From positions 2,176,001 through 2,240,000 of the forward strand of contig CAXXLL010000002.1 of assembly GCA_963662545.2 (NCBI GenBank): a DNA stretch of 64,000 bases, written 5' to 3'. A program made the position numbers and the translations under genes. Shown here piece after piece: positions 9,173 through 20,775 of this stretch; position 1 is the stretch's first letter; each line of letters opens with the position of its first letter. The notes beneath the pieces were generated by a model. That model was not told the DNA's origin, searched no databases, and saw only the letters and a program-made list of their open reading frames with translations. Source of the stretch: Gammaproteobacteria bacterium (GTDB lineage Bacteria; Pseudomonadota; Gammaproteobacteria; Ga0077536).

Positions 9173-9867
9173 CTACTTAGGTTTAGCTTCCGCCATGCCG
9201 CGTACAAGCCTGTCCACGGCTGTTGTTGTCGTACTTTCAAGTTTGCGCCCGATTAATGGCGCAATAAGTAACCACGGCAAGATAATCAGATAAAGCAGCC
9301 CTGATACGCTTTCGCCAAACAGGCTACTCATAATAAAAAGCGATAGCACCAGCCCAGGCGGAAACAAATAGACAAAGGTCTTCATCGTAGCAACACCTCC
9401 AAGTGTTGCCGTTACGCTGATTGTTGAATCAGTTATATGGAATTTAATTAAAGTTGCACCCAATAGATCCGGTTGTTGATTGCAAGATAATCAGATAAAG
9501 CAGCATCGCCAAACAGGCTACTCATAATAAAAAGCGATAGCACCAGCCCAGGCGGAAACAAATAGACAAAGGTCTTCATCGTAGCAACACCTCCAAGTGT
9601 TGCCGTTACGCTGATTGTTGAATCAGTTATATGGAATTTAATTAAAGTTGCACCCAATAGATCCGGTTGTTGATTGCTATGCATGCCGGGACCTTCTGCC
9701 TCTAGATCTGTATCAGAGTCAACCAGGACCTCGAATCCCAGTGACAACAAGGCTACTCTTGCTACATTAAAAGCATCAGCGGCATTGCCATTAAAAGAGA
9801 CTGAGTAATGATGGGGTTTTGGATCAAACATTTGAAGTTTTATTATGGTAACTGAAGTATCGGACAT
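9173..9867 (-). pseudogene. Hypothetical membrane protein split by an internal ~200-bp tandem duplication
   Basis: ORFs 9448-9867 and 9173-9463 share GATLIKFHITDS...SSLFG. Removing one copy restores a single ORF of about 165 aa. Confidence 0.7.
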
Positions 9868-10078
9868 TCGCGGTAACGATCGCCGCGCCGTGAATGTACG
9901 CTGCGCGTTCGAATCTTGCCCAAACTTGGACGTTCAGGTTATTTTGCGAGAGTGACAACGAGGTTCCTACGCCACCCCACCCTCACTTAGCGCCGGAACT
10001 CCGGCCCCTTCCATTCCCATGCCGAGTTCGAGATCCAGGATGGACTTCGCACCTGAGCCGATGTTCAGTTGCCAGCGA

Positions 10079-10262
10079 TTAAGCGGCTGCTCGGTCCCCA
10101 GCTTCCTGCTCGCCCAAACGATTTAGCCGCAACAGCCTGCCTGGCGTCGCCCCCGTGCACTCGCCATCTTTGAACGTGACCACACCGTTCACCAGAATCC
10201 AACGATAACCTTCGGCGCGCTGAATACGGCGCCATTGATTGGCGGGGAAATCGTGCGCGCGA
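10079..10262 (-). pseudogene. C-terminal remnant of an N-acyl-D-amino-acid deacylase-type amidohydrolase
   Basis: Manual translation AHDFPANQWRRIQRAEGYRWILVNGVVTFKDGECTGATPGRLLR...* matches the family C-terminus; no upstream gene body. Confidence 0.7.
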
Positions 10263-10505
10263 TTGTCTGGCGAGTTTTGTCCAACATTGCTCCGGACTCT
10301 CGCTGCCGATCGTCACAGACCATTGCCCTGACTCGCAACTTACAGCAGGACCCTGGTTCGATCACGCCCTTTGACGCGCTCGCCGAGCGCTGCAATGCAG
10401 CAGGCACGACCAAAAATGAATCTGGTACCATTTCTTGGCGGCTGAAAATAGGCCGGCACCTTAATTGTGCAAGACGATTCACGCGACCGAATGGGAGGTC
10501 ACATC

Positions 10506-11588
10506 ATGAAATTCGGGATCACTATAGCGCCGCATATCGATCGCTGGGATCTCGTCCAATACGCGGAAGAGCTGGGATTTGACCGGGCTTGGGTGCCGGA
10601 TTCGCAGATGATTTGGTCGGACTGCTACGCCATCCTCGCGCTGGCGGCCGCGAACACCAGCAAAATCCAGATCGGCACCGGCGTTTCGATCGCCGGCACC
10701 CGCATTGCGCCGGTCACCGCGCATTCCATTGGCAGCATCAATCAATTGGCGCCGGGGCGGGTGTTTCTGGGCCTGGGCACCGGGCATACGGCCATGCGCG
10801 TCATGGGGCAAGACCCAATGCCCGTTACGGAGTTTCGCGAGTATTTACGCGTGGTACGCGAACTTCTCGATGGTAATGCTGTGGATTACACCTATCGGGG
10901 TGTGACCCGGGAGGTAGAGTTCCTACACCGTGATCGCTATTTCGTGAATCTCGACAACCACATCCCGATTTATATCGCTGCCAATGGTCCGAAAGCGTGC
11001 CAGGCGGCTGGGGCTTATGGCGACGGTTGGACAACGATCGGTCGCGATGCTGAGCAAATCGGGAACGCCTTCGGTCATATTCGTGCCGGTGCAGAAGCGG
11101 CCGGGCGCAGCTTGAGCGATGATTTTCACAGCACCTTGTTTACGTGTACGTCAGTCTTGCAAGCGGGCGAAAATCTCACTAGCGATCGCGTGATCAATGA
11201 AATTGGCAGTTGGGTCACCACCGAGTTGCATTTCTTCTATGAGATTTGGAACAAGGCCGGTCGGAAAGATGAACTCATTCCGTCTTACTTTCTTAATCTA
11301 TGGGATGAATATCTTGACCGGGTAAATAATTTCAGCCTGCCAGAGGAGTCACGTTTTCGACAAATCCATGAAGGCCATGCCATTTATCACATGCCTGAAG
11401 AGCGTCGATTTATCACGCCAGAGGCGATCAGCACGAGTTGCATGGTCGGCTCGCCTGAGGACATCATCGATCAAATCCACGAACTTGAGAAAACGGGCAT
11501 CAAGGAAGTGAACATAATGCCGGCAGCGGATCATGCGCGTAATGCGTTTAAGGATCTTGCGGATAAGATCATCCCGGCGTTTCGTTAG
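10506..11588 (+). CDS. LLM-class flavin-dependent oxidoreductase (possibly F420-dependent, Mer-like)
   Basis: MKFGI, AEELGFDRAWVPDSQ, APGRVFLGLGTG, IPIYIAANGPK. GGAGG RBS. Confidence 0.9.
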   Translation: MKFGITIAPHIDRWDLVQYAEELGFDRAWVPDSQMIWSDCYAILALAAANTSKIQIGTGVSIAGTRIAPVTAHSIGSINQLAPGRVFLGLGTGHTAMRVMGQDPMPVTEFREYLRVVRELLDGNAVDYTYRGVTREVEFLHRDRYFVNLDNHIPIYIAANGPKACQAAGAYGDGWTTIGRDAEQIGNAFGHIRAGAEAAGRSLSDDFHSTLFTCTSVLQAGENLTSDRVINEIGSWVTTELHFFYEIWNKAGRKDELIPSYFLNLWDEYLDRVNNFSLPEESRFRQIHEGHAIYHMPEERRFITPEAISTSCMVGSPEDIIDQIHELEKTGIKEVNIMPAADHARNAFKDLADKIIPAFR

Positions 11589-11621
11589 CAGGCTGTTGAA
11601 AACTCGTTTTTCAACAACCTG
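11589..11621. mobile_element. 33-bp minimal MITE / IS-end footprint flanked by TTAG direct repeats
   Basis: TTAG-CAGGCTGTTGAAAA-CTCGT-TTTTCAACAACCTG-TTAG. The first TTAG contains the LLM stop codon. Confidence 0.6.
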
Positions 11622-11684
11622 TTAGGGAACAGGCATCGGGAGGCCCCACCTTGCCCCAAGCGTGATCGGCGCCGATATTCAGAC

Positions 11685-12089
11685 TTACGCTTGTTCTAGC
11701 TCGATCAAGGTTCCGCAGAAATCTTTGGGGTGTAGAAACAGCACGGGTTTATCGTGGGCACCGTTTCTCGGTTCACCATCCCCGAGGACGCGCGCGCCCG
11801 CAGAGACGAGTTGATCGCGGGCGCTGATGATATCGTCGACTTCGTAACACAAGTGATGGGTGCCCCCATCGGGATTGCGCTCTAGGAACTTCGCGACCGG
11901 CGATTCCTTACCCAGTGGGTGCAAGAGTTCAATCTTGGTATTCGGCAGCTCGACGAATACGGTGGTAACGCCGTGCGCCAGCAAGTCCACGGGCTTAGTT
12001 ACTTGGGCGCCGAGCGTATCACGGTACACGCGCGTGGCGGCTTCGAGATCCGGGACGACGACCGCGACGTGATTCAATTTGCCTATCAT
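11685..12089 (-). CDS. mce: Methylmalonyl-CoA epimerase
   Basis: LNHVAVVVPDL, KIELLHPL, HHLCYEV, FLHPKDFCGTLIELEQ; operon context. Confidence 0.96.
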   Translation of the reverse strand: MIGKLNHVAVVVPDLEAATRVYRDTLGAQVTKPVDLLAHGVTTVFVELPNTKIELLHPLGKESPVAKFLERNPDGGTHHLCYEVDDIISARDQLVSAGARVLGDGEPRNGAHDKPVLFLHPKDFCGTLIELEQA

Positions 12090-12146
12090 GTTTTTCTGTT
12101 ACCTTTCAGCGAGCCGACCATACGCGCAAATTTACCACTGCCAAGA

Positions 12147-13130
12147 TCACCGATCGCCACGGTAAATCCGCAGCAGTCTATCCGCGGCGACGGTGGCGGG
12201 CATCTTACCCTGCATTACATCCCGCTCCAGTAATTCGACTTGATCCGCGACCTCGGGATGGCCGCGAACCTCGTCCAAAAGGGACTCTGCAGCTTCCGAC
12301 CACATCCAACTTCGCGCCTGCTCGGCGCGGCGCGCGGCGACCGCACCCCGGGTACTCATTTCACGGTGAAATTCGCGGATCGTCGACCACACTTCGGCTA
12401 TGTTCGCCCCGGTCAAAGCTGAGCAGGTCTGCACCGGCACCTCCCAGTCATCTTGCCGCGGCCGCATGAACTGCAGCGCATTCTGATAATCCGCCGCCGC
12501 TCGCCCGGCCGCCTGCACCATTTCTCCATCGGCCTTGTTGACGACGACCAGATCAGCGAGCTCGATGATCCCGCGTTTGATCCCCTGTAACTCGTCACCG
12601 CCGCCGGGGAGCAGCAGCAGCACGAACATGTCCGTCATGTCGGCCACGGCGGTTTCCGACTGCCCAACGCCCACCGTTTCCACAATGACGACATCGAAGC
12701 CCGCGGCCTCACACAACAATATCGCTTCGCGGGTTCGTCGCGTAACGCCGCCGAGCGTCTTGCCGGCTGGCGATGGCCGGATAAATGCCTCCTCGCGCGC
12801 CGTCAGCTCCGGCATCCGCGTCTTGTCACCGAGGATGGACCCGCCGGATACCGTCGAGCTTGGATCGACCGCCAGTACCGCGACGCGGTGACCTTCGTCG
12901 ATCACGTGATTGCCTAATCGCTCGATGAACGTGGACTTGCCGACACCAGGGACGCCCGAAATCCCGACGCGAATGGTGTTATCACCCTCGGCAGTGAGAT
13001 TTGCGAGTAACGCCGTCGCGGCGTCGCGGTGGTCCGGCCGCGTCGACTCGACCAGGGTGATCGCACGCGCGAGAGCGCGGCGGTCGCCGACCTTCAGAGT
13101 GGCCACGAGCGCCTCGGTATTGGAACTCAC
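12147..13130 (-). CDS. meaB: Methylmalonyl-CoA mutase-associated GTPase MeaB
   Basis: [40 protein letters not shown]. Confidence 0.96.
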   Translation of the reverse strand: MSSNTEALVATLKVGDRRALARAITLVESTRPDHRDAATALLANLTAEGDNTIRVGISGVPGVGKSTFIERLGNHVIDEGHRVAVLAVDPSSTVSGGSILGDKTRMPELTAREEAFIRPSPAGKTLGGVTRRTREAILLCEAAGFDVVIVETVGVGQSETAVADMTDMFVLLLLPGGGDELQGIKRGIIELADLVVVNKADGEMVQAAGRAAADYQNALQFMRPRQDDWEVPVQTCSALTGANIAEVWSTIREFHREMSTRGAVAARRAEQARSWMWSEAAESLLDEVRGHPEVADQVELLERDVMQGKMPATVAADRLLRIYRGDR

Positions 13131-13160
13131 CGGTCGGTCCTCGACATCAGCGCATTGGAT

Positions 13161-15149
13161 TCAGGCGAATTCGATAATCGGCTGATCAACCGCCAGGCTT
13201 TCCCCTTCGCGCGCCAGAACCTTCTTGACCACGGCTTCACGCGCGGCATGCAGCACGTTCTCCATTTTCATCGCCTCGATAACCGCTATTTCCTGGCCCG
13301 CCGCGACGGTGCTACCCTCCTCCACCGACACCCCGATTAGCAGTCCCGGCATGGGCGAGATCAGGTAGTTCGAGAGATCCGGCGGTTCTTTTTCAATCAT
13401 GAACCGACTCAGTTCCGCCGCGCGTGGCGTCAACACCCAGGCCGAAATGTCAGCGCCGGCGTAGCTCAAACGATATTTCCAGTCAGGCTGCTCTATCTGA
13501 ATGCACATTGGCTGGCCATCGATAACCGCTTCGAACAGCGGCGCGCCGATCTGCCAATCGCCCGTCACCCGATAAATTCGATCCCCGTACTCCACGTCGT
13601 GCCCGTCCTCTATTGGCGCGACGCTAACCGGATGAGCTGCGCCGTCGAGAAACACGACGCGCGCCACCTTACCCGACACGCGTTCACGCCCTGGCATCTG
13701 CCCGTTGATGTGAGCGGCGCGAGAGGTATAACGTTGGTGCAGCGATGCGACGGCGGCGACCAGCGGTGCGAAATCCCTCGGCATGACATCGTCGCGCGAG
13801 AACCCCTCTGGATATTCTTCCGCAATGAACTCCGTGCTGAGTCGGCCTGACACGAAGCGTTCATGGGCCAATACGGCTCGCACGAAGGCGAGATTATGCC
13901 GCACGCCGCGAATATAAAAACGGTCGATAGCGTGCTGCATCGTAGCGATGGCCTCGTCACGGGTTTCGCCGTAGGTCACCAACTTCGCGATCATGGGATC
14001 GTAGAAGGTCGATACTTCACCGCCTTCGTATACACCGGTATCGACACGCACGTTTGCGGTTTCGTCTGGCGGCCGGTAAGCCAACAAGCGCCCCGTCGAC
14101 GGCAGGAATTCGCGCATCGGATCTTCCGCGTAAACGCGCACTTCCAGAGCCCAACCGTTGAGTTGAACGTCTGTCTGCGCAAAAGATAAGGCCTCACCGG
14201 CCGCGACCCGGATCATCAATTCCACGAGGTCCACACCGGTAACGAATTCCGTTACCGGATGCTCGACCTGTAAGCGAGTATTCATCTCCAGAAAATAAAA
14301 GTTGCGGTCGGGATCGACGATGAACTCGACCGTCCCAGCTGAGGCGTAATCGACGGCCCTGGCCAGCGCCACGGCCTGCTCCCCCATCGCCTTGCGGGTG
14401 GCGTCATCGAGAAACGGCGAAGGCGCCTCTTCGATCACCTTCTGATGGCGTCTCTGAATCGAACATTCGCGCTCGCCGAGATAGACGATATTCCCGTGAG
14501 TGTCGGCGATGATCTGGATTTCAATGTGACGCGGCTGCTCGATGTATTTCTCGACGAAGATGCGGTCATCGCCGAAACTGGACTGCGCCTCGCTGGCGGC
14601 GCGCTCAAACCCGTCCCGGCATTCCTTGTCGTTGCGCGCTACGCGCAAGCCCTTACCGCCACCGCCTGCGCTGGCCTTGAGCATCACGGGATAAGCGATC
14701 TCGTTGGCTCTTTTCACCGCCTCGTGCGTATCCTTGATCACGCCCGTGAACCCCGGAATGGTGTTAACCCCGGCTTTTTCTGCCAGCTTCTTCGAGGTAA
14801 TTTTGTCGCCCATCGTCTCGATGGCTTGTGCGCCCGGGCCGATAAAATCGATGCCGGCGGCTTCTAAGATCGCGCGAAAATCGGCGTTCTCCGCGAGGAA
14901 TCCGTACCCGGGGTGAACGGCTTGAGCACCGGTCGTTTGACATGCCTCCACGATCCGCTCACTAACGAGATAGCTCTCGGCCGATGCCGAGCCACCGATA
15001 TGCACAGCTTCGTCGGCCATCTCGACATGGAGCGCTCCGCGATCCGCATCGGAATACACGGCGACCGTCGAAATACCCATGCGTCGCGCGGTCTTGAACA
15101 CACGGCACGCGATTTCTCCCCGGTTGGCGACCAGAATTTTATTGTACAT
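13161..15149 (-). CDS. pccA: Propionyl-CoA carboxylase alpha subunit (biotin carboxylase plus carrier)
   Basis: ANRGEIA, HPGYGFLAEN, EMNTRLQVEH and the EAMKM biotinylation motif. Confidence 0.93.
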   Translation of the reverse strand: MYNKILVANRGEIACRVFKTARRMGISTVAVYSDADRGALHVEMADEAVHIGGSASAESYLVSERIVEACQTTGAQAVHPGYGFLAENADFRAILEAAGIDFIGPGAQAIETMGDKITSKKLAEKAGVNTIPGFTGVIKDTHEAVKRANEIAYPVMLKASAGGGGKGLRVARNDKECRDGFERAASEAQSSFGDDRIFVEKYIEQPRHIEIQIIADTHGNIVYLGERECSIQRRHQKVIEEAPSPFLDDATRKAMGEQAVALARAVDYASAGTVEFIVDPDRNFYFLEMNTRLQVEHPVTEFVTGVDLVELMIRVAAGEALSFAQTDVQLNGWALEVRVYAEDPMREFLPSTGRLLAYRPPDETANVRVDTGVYEGGEVSTFYDPMIAKLVTYGETRDEAIATMQHAIDRFYIRGVRHNLAFVRAVLAHERFVSGRLSTEFIAEEYPEGFSRDDVMPRDFAPLVAAVASLHQRYTSRAAHINGQMPGRERVSGKVARVVFLDGAAHPVSVAPIEDGHDVEYGDRIYRVTGDWQIGAPLFEAVIDGQPMCIQIEQPDWKYRLSYAGADISAWVLTPRAAELSRFMIEKEPPDLSNYLISPMPGLLIGVSVEEGSTVAAGQEIAVIEAMKMENVLHAAREAVVKKVLAREGESLAVDQPIIEFA

Positions 15150-15192
15150 TATTTTTTTCGGGCGATTTAGATTAGTGTCAGATCATAAGCCG

Positions 15193-16725
15193 CTAAAGCG
15201 GAATGTTGTCATGTTTGCGCCAAGGGTTGGTCAGATCCTTATTTTTAAGCATGGCGAACGATCGGCAGACGCGCTGCCTGGTGTCGCGCGGCATGATGAT
15301 ATCGTCGATGAAACCGAGATGCCCCGCGATAAACGGATTGGCGAACTTCTCGCGATATTCTTCGGTGCGCCGCGCGATCTTTTCCTCGTCACCGATATCC
15401 TGACGAAAGATTATTTCAACGGCGCCCTTAGGGCCCATCACGGCGATCTCGGCGCTCGGCCATGCGAGATTCACATCGCCGCGCAGATGTTTGGAACTCA
15501 TGACGTCGTAAGCGCCGCCATAGGCCTTGCGTGTGATCACCGTGACTTTGGGTACTGTAGCCTCGGCAAAGGCGAACAACAATTTAGCACCGTGTTTAAT
15601 GATGCCACCGTACTCCTGCACCGTTCCAGGCAAGAAACCGGGTACGTCGACAAAGGTCAGAATGGGGATATTAAAGGCGTCGCAAAAACGCACGAAACGT
15701 CCGGCTTTAACCGAGGAGTTAATGTCCAGACAGCCGGCGAGAACCATCGGCTGGTTGGCCACGACCCCAATGGTCGAACCTTCAAGACGGATGAATCCGG
15801 TGATGATATTCTTGGCGTAATCCGGCTGTAATTCGAAGAAGCTCGCTTCATCGGCGATCTTGACCACCAGCTCCTTGATGTCATACGGCTTGGCGGGGTC
15901 GTCCGGGATCAGTTTGTCCAAGGACGGTTCCTGCCGGACAGCACTATCGGTGCACGGCCATACCGGAGGTTTCTCACGGTTGTTTGACGGCAGGTAATTG
16001 ATGAACTGCCGCACCATCATCAGCGCATCGGTGTCGTTCTCAAAAGCACGATCGGCAACCCCGGATTTTCTCGAATGGGTCGCGGCACCGCCGAGTTCTT
16101 CCGCCGTGACCTCCTCGTGGGTCACTGTCTTTACGACATCGGGACCGGTGACGAACATGTAGGAGCTGTCCTCGACCATGAAGATAAAATCGGTCATCGC
16201 CGGGGAATACACCGCGCCGCCGGCGCACGGTCCCATCACCATGGAGATCTGCGGCACCACACCCGAGGCCAGCACATTGCGCTGAAATACGTCGGCATAG
16301 CCGCCCAGCGAGGCCACGCCTTCCTGGATCCGCGCACCGCCCGAGTCGTTCAGTCCGATCACGGGTGCGCCGACTTTCATCGCCTGGTCCATGACCTTGC
16401 AGATCTTGCGGGCGTGCGCGGCCGACAGGGATCCGCCGAAGACGGTGAAATCCTGGCTGAACAAGAAGACGAGCCGACCGTTGACGGTGCCATAGCCGGT
16501 GACGACCCCATCGCCCGGAATCGTTTTTTCTGCCATGCCGAAGTCGTTGCAATCGTGCTCGACGAACATGTCCCACTCTTCAAAGCTGCCTTCGTCGAGC
16601 AGCAACTCAATACGCTCACGAGCCGTGAGCTTGCCCTTCGCATGCTGCGTGTCAATTCGCCGTTGGCCGCCACCCGCACGCGCAGCGGCCCGCCTTTGTT
16701 CCACTTGTTTGATTATTTCATCCAT
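15193..16725 (-). CDS. pccB: Propionyl-CoA carboxylase beta subunit (carboxyltransferase)
   Basis: [39 protein letters not shown] terminus. Confidence 0.95.
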   Translation of the reverse strand: MDEIIKQVEQRRAAARAGGGQRRIDTQHAKGKLTARERIELLLDEGSFEEWDMFVEHDCNDFGMAEKTIPGDGVVTGYGTVNGRLVFLFSQDFTVFGGSLSAAHARKICKVMDQAMKVGAPVIGLNDSGGARIQEGVASLGGYADVFQRNVLASGVVPQISMVMGPCAGGAVYSPAMTDFIFMVEDSSYMFVTGPDVVKTVTHEEVTAEELGGAATHSRKSGVADRAFENDTDALMMVRQFINYLPSNNREKPPVWPCTDSAVRQEPSLDKLIPDDPAKPYDIKELVVKIADEASFFELQPDYAKNIITGFIRLEGSTIGVVANQPMVLAGCLDINSSVKAGRFVRFCDAFNIPILTFVDVPGFLPGTVQEYGGIIKHGAKLLFAFAEATVPKVTVITRKAYGGAYDVMSSKHLRGDVNLAWPSAEIAVMGPKGAVEIIFRQDIGDEEKIARRTEEYREKFANPFIAGHLGFIDDIIMPRDTRQRVCRSFAMLKNKDLTNPWRKHDNIPL

Positions 16726-16827
16726 TGTTATCGTGTTCTTAATATGGCGTCTTAGGCAGTTAATGCCGCCATAGGCTGCGCTCGCCCGCTCCCCTCGGGC
16801 TGCGCCTACCCGAAATTCAGGTCCAGC

Positions 16828-19005
16828 TCAGCTGCCGGGCATAGCTTGCTTGTGCGTTCGTTGTGAGCGGATGAGCCCGAGCACTTGCTGGGCCGCTTCG
16901 GGAATGTTCGTACCGGGCCCGTAGATTGCGGCGACGCCTGCGTCGTACAGTTCGTCGTGGTCCTGCGGTGGGATCACCCCGCCGCAAACAACGAGAATGT
17001 CGCTGGTGTCTTGCGCATCCAAAGCGGCGATCAATTCCGGCACCAGCGCTTTGTGCCCGGCCGCTTGCGACGATACGCCGATAACGTGCACGTCATTCTC
17101 CAATGCTTGACGCGCGGCCTCTTCGGGGGTCTGAAAAAGCGGCCCGATGTCGACGTCAAAACCGATATCCGCGAACGCAGTTGCAATCACCTTCGCGCCG
17201 CGGTCATGCCCATCCTGCCCAAGCTTGACCACGAGCATGCGCGGTCGCCGGCCCTCCGACCGGGCGAAATCTTCTACGTCGTGCTTAATACCCATGAATA
17301 CCGTATCCGCCTCGTAGGCCGCGCCGTAGACACCACTGACCGACTGCGTCACCGCCTGGTGTCGCCCCCACACCGCTTCCAAGGCATCGGATATCTCGCC
17401 TACCGTAGCACGTTCGCGCGCAGCGATGACCGCGAGCTCGAGGAGGTTGCGTTCACCGCTAGATGCGGCGTCGGTCAACGCTTGCAGGGTCGCCGCACAC
17501 TTGTCCGCATCGCGCCCACGGCGCACTTGGGCCAAACGTGCAATCTGGGCGTCGCTGACCGCCGTATGGTCGATCTCGCGGATGTCGACCTCGGGTTCGT
17601 CATCTCGTTGATACTTGTTCACGCCGATGATCACTTCCTCGCCGCGGTCGATTCGCGCCTGCCGCTCAGCCGCCGATTGTTCAATTCGCAATTTCGGCAT
17701 ACCCGACTCGACGGCCTTGGTCATGCCGCCCAGCTCCTCGACCTCGCGGATCAGCTTCAACGCTTCGCTCGCGATGGACGCCGTCAAGGATTCAACGTAA
17801 TACGAGCCCGCCAGAGGATCGACGACCTTGGTAATGCCGCTCTCTTGTTGAAGTATCAATTGCGTATTACGCGCGATGCGGGATGAAATTTCGGTCGGCA
17901 GTGCGAGCGCCTCGTCAAAGGAATTCGTGTGCAGCGACTGCGTCCCGCCGAATGCCCCTGCCAAAGCCTCGAGCGTCGTGCGGATCACATTGTTGTACGG
18001 GTCTTGGCTGGTGAGACTGACGCCGGAGGTCTGACAGTGGGTCCGCAGCATTAGCGAGCGCGGGTCTTGCGGCTCGAACAGCTCTTGCATCAGCTTGCTC
18101 CAGAGCAATCGGGCGGCGCGTAGCTTCGCGACCTCCATGAAAAAATTCATACCGATACAAAAGAAGAAGGACAGGCGTGGTGCAAACTCGTCGACCTTCA
18201 AACCAGTGTTCAAGGCGGCGCGCACGTATTCGATGCCGTCGGCAATCGTGAATGCGAGTTCCTGGACACAGGTCGCACCGGCTTCCTGCATGTGATAACC
18301 CGAGATTGAGATCGAATTGTATTTGGGGATGTTGCGTGCGGTGTAGGCGATGATGTCGGCAACGATCCGCATCGACGGCGCCGGCGGATAGATATAGGTG
18401 TTACGCACCATGAATTCTTTGAGGATATCGTTTTGCAGGGTTCCGGACAGCGCTGTCTGCTCGACGCCCTGCTCCTCGGCGGCGACGATGAACATCGCCA
18501 TCACAGGCAAGGCTGCACCGTTCATCGTCATGGACACCGACATCTTGTCGAGCGGGATGCCGTCGAAGAGGATCTTCATGTCCTCGACACTATCGATGGC
18601 GACGCCCGCCTTGCCGACATCACCGGCGACCCGCGGATGATCCGAGTCATAGCCGCGATGGGTCGCAAGATCGAAGGCAACGGACAGGCCCGTCTGACCG
18701 GCGGCAAGGTTATTGCGGAAAAAGGCGTTAGATTCCTCGGCGGTGGAAAATCCCGCATATTGGCGGACGGTCCAAGGCCGGCCCACGTACATCGTCGCGC
18801 GCGGCCCGCGCACAAAGGGTGCGACGCCCGGCATCGACCCGATGTGCTCCAATTCGGCCAGGTCCGCCGCCGTATAGACCGGTTTGACGACGATACCCTC
18901 CGCCGTCAGCCAATCGAGATCGTCCAGCGACGCCGCCTTCGACTCTTTTAGCGCCCGCGCGGTCCAGTCCGCCAAGGCTTTCTCAGATGATGCTGTCACT
19001 CGCAA
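16828..19005 (-). CDS. scpA: Methylmalonyl-CoA mutase (B12-dependent)
   Basis: [20 protein letters not shown], and the [10 protein letters not shown] cobalamin-binding motif. The start may be GTG at 18999. Confidence 0.96.
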   Translation of the reverse strand: MRVTASSEKALADWTARALKESKAASLDDLDWLTAEGIVVKPVYTAADLAELEHIGSMPGVAPFVRGPRATMYVGRPWTVRQYAGFSTAEESNAFFRNNLAAGQTGLSVAFDLATHRGYDSDHPRVAGDVGKAGVAIDSVEDMKILFDGIPLDKMSVSMTMNGAALPVMAMFIVAAEEQGVEQTALSGTLQNDILKEFMVRNTYIYPPAPSMRIVADIIAYTARNIPKYNSISISGYHMQEAGATCVQELAFTIADGIEYVRAALNTGLKVDEFAPRLSFFFCIGMNFFMEVAKLRAARLLWSKLMQELFEPQDPRSLMLRTHCQTSGVSLTSQDPYNNVIRTTLEALAGAFGGTQSLHTNSFDEALALPTEISSRIARNTQLILQQESGITKVVDPLAGSYYVESLTASIASEALKLIREVEELGGMTKAVESGMPKLRIEQSAAERQARIDRGEEVIIGVNKYQRDDEPEVDIREIDHTAVSDAQIARLAQVRRGRDADKCAATLQALTDAASSGERNLLELAVIAARERATVGEISDALEAVWGRHQAVTQSVSGVYGAAYEADTVFMGIKHDVEDFARSEGRRPRMLVVKLGQDGHDRGAKVIATAFADIGFDVDIGPLFQTPEEAARQALENDVHVIGVSSQAAGHKALVPELIAALDAQDTSDILVVCGGVIPPQDHDELYDAGVAAIYGPGTNIPEAAQQVLGLIRSQRTHKQAMPGS

Positions 19006-19332
19006 ACCTCAGGAACTTTCAGCCTTTTGGGCGCCGGTATCCCGCGTACCCAGACTTGCCCATATTTCATGGTCCCGGGCCCTATTCACCAATTATCAGA
19101 CGCGGGGGCTTAGAAGGCATCAATTATAGCCCGCGCCCGCCTCGACGAACGTAAGCTTATGAATCATATCATTTTACTGCGTGAGCTTACTGCCCTCAGG
19201 CCTTTCTGCGAGGATGCTTGGGTTTCCAGGGACCGTTCAGTTATTTCGAGCTCGTGTATCGGATGAATGGGTATACTGGCCGTGGAATTCCCACCCCAGA
19301 GTTCAAGCATTAAACAAGAAGGAGAAGGCCCC

Positions 19333-19725
19333 ATGGCTGATCGGATCATTCCCGCTTCCATGCAGAGCTTCTACGACAGCTATCATTTCGCGCCTGCCGT
19401 GATCGATGGCGAGCATGTACGTTGCTCGGGCGTCATGGGTGTCAAACTGGCCGACGGCAGCGTGCCCGATGATCCCGCAACTCAATTCGCACTCGCGTTC
19501 GATAATTTGAACGAGGTATTGTCCGAAGCCAAGGTTGGTTTCGCCGACATCATCGAAATGACGACGTTTCATGTCGGTCTGCAAGGGCATATGGAGACCT
19601 TCCTCGAGGTCAAAGATCGGTATATGAAAGAACCCTATCCGGCGTGGACGGCGATTGGCATCTCCGAGTTCGCAATTCCGGGCGGCATCGTAGAAATTCG
19701 CGTAACGGCGCGTCGACCAGGCTAG
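19333..19725 (+). CDS. RidA/YjgF family protein
   Basis: FAPAV, MTTFHV, EPYPAWTAIG, VEIRV. GGAG RBS precedes ATG 19333. Confidence 0.88.
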   Translation: MADRIIPASMQSFYDSYHFAPAVIDGEHVRCSGVMGVKLADGSVPDDPATQFALAFDNLNEVLSEAKVGFADIIEMTTFHVGLQGHMETFLEVKDRYMKEPYPAWTAIGISEFAIPGGIVEIRVTARRPG

Positions 19726-19741
19726 CAAATCCAAATAAAGT

Positions 19742-20596
19742 ATGCCGCTGACGATTCGACCTACCGAAGCGACCCTCGGGGCGATCCTTACCGACGTGGA
19801 TCTCGCCGCGCTCGATGACCTCACCTGGCGCGAGGTCGAGGACGCGTTCCACCAATACGCTGTGCTGATTTTCCCGGGTCAGGCCCTGTCCGCCAAGGCA
19901 CAAGTCGACTTTGCCCTGCGTTTCGGAGAAATCGAGATTCTCGTCGATAAGCTCAAGACCCTTCCCGTCACCAACAAGGATGTAAACGGCGGCCTGATGG
20001 ATGACGACACCCATCGGATGCAGCTCTTGCGCGGCAACGAGGGCTGGCACACGGACAGTTCTTACATGCCGCTGTCGGCAAAAGCTTCGGTGTTGTCCGC
20101 GCACGTTGTGCCGTCGGGAGGCGGAGAGACGGAATGGGCAGACGTACGGGCCGCCTATGATGCGCTCGACCAAGCGACAAAGGAGCGCATCGCTGATCTA
20201 ACCGCGTATCACTCTTTCTTTTATTCCCAGGCGAAGATCGGGCATCAGGTCGCCGTAGGCGCAGGCTACGGTTTTTTCGAAGGCGAGCCGCCATTGCACC
20301 CGTTGGTCAAGGTACATTCGGTAACCAAGCGGCCCGCCCTTTACATCGGGCGGCATGCCTACGGGATCCAAGGATATGATGCGGATGAGTCGGACGAATT
20401 ACTCGCCGAACTCGTGACGTTTACTTGTCAGCCGCCACGGACTTTCATGCATGCCTGGCAGCCTGGCGATATTGCCGTGTGGGACAACCGCTGCGTGTTG
20501 CATCGTGCACGGCCCTACGATCACAGTGAGGTACGCGTCATGATGCATACCCGGGTCAAAGGTGACTTGGCAACAGAATCGGCGCTCAATGCCTAA
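19742..20596 (+). CDS. TauD/TfdA family Fe(II)/2-oxoglutarate dioxygenase
   Basis: WHTDSSY (HxD) and WDNRCVLHRA motifs. Confidence 0.93.
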   Translation: MPLTIRPTEATLGAILTDVDLAALDDLTWREVEDAFHQYAVLIFPGQALSAKAQVDFALRFGEIEILVDKLKTLPVTNKDVNGGLMDDDTHRMQLLRGNEGWHTDSSYMPLSAKASVLSAHVVPSGGGETEWADVRAAYDALDQATKERIADLTAYHSFFYSQAKIGHQVAVGAGYGFFEGEPPLHPLVKVHSVTKRPALYIGRHAYGIQGYDADESDELLAELVTFTCQPPRTFMHAWQPGDIAVWDNRCVLHRARPYDHSEVRVMMHTRVKGDLATESALNA

Positions 20597-20623
20597 GCAA
20601 CTATCACAGGTCGGTTTTTGAGG

Positions 20624-20689
20624 AACCACAGAGTTCACAGAGAAAACTATTATCTTGTGACCTGTAAACGGCCTTTGAACTCTGTGGTT
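20624..20689. repeat. 14-bp perfect inverted repeat (AACCACAGAGTTCA...TGAACTCTGTGGTT)
   Basis: Read directly in the intergenic sequence; 38-nt spacer. Confidence 0.7.
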
Positions 20690-20775
20690 TTATTGTGCCG
20701 CTCGGTAACACCTCGGCGTAGCAGTTCAACGCCTAAGATCCTACCTATGAAGCAGTACTACCGAAGGGGACTCAC

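Noticed and set aside
19006-19330. Cobalamin riboswitch upstream of the mutase
   Set aside because: No B12-box or conserved GGGAA elements recognisable by eye.
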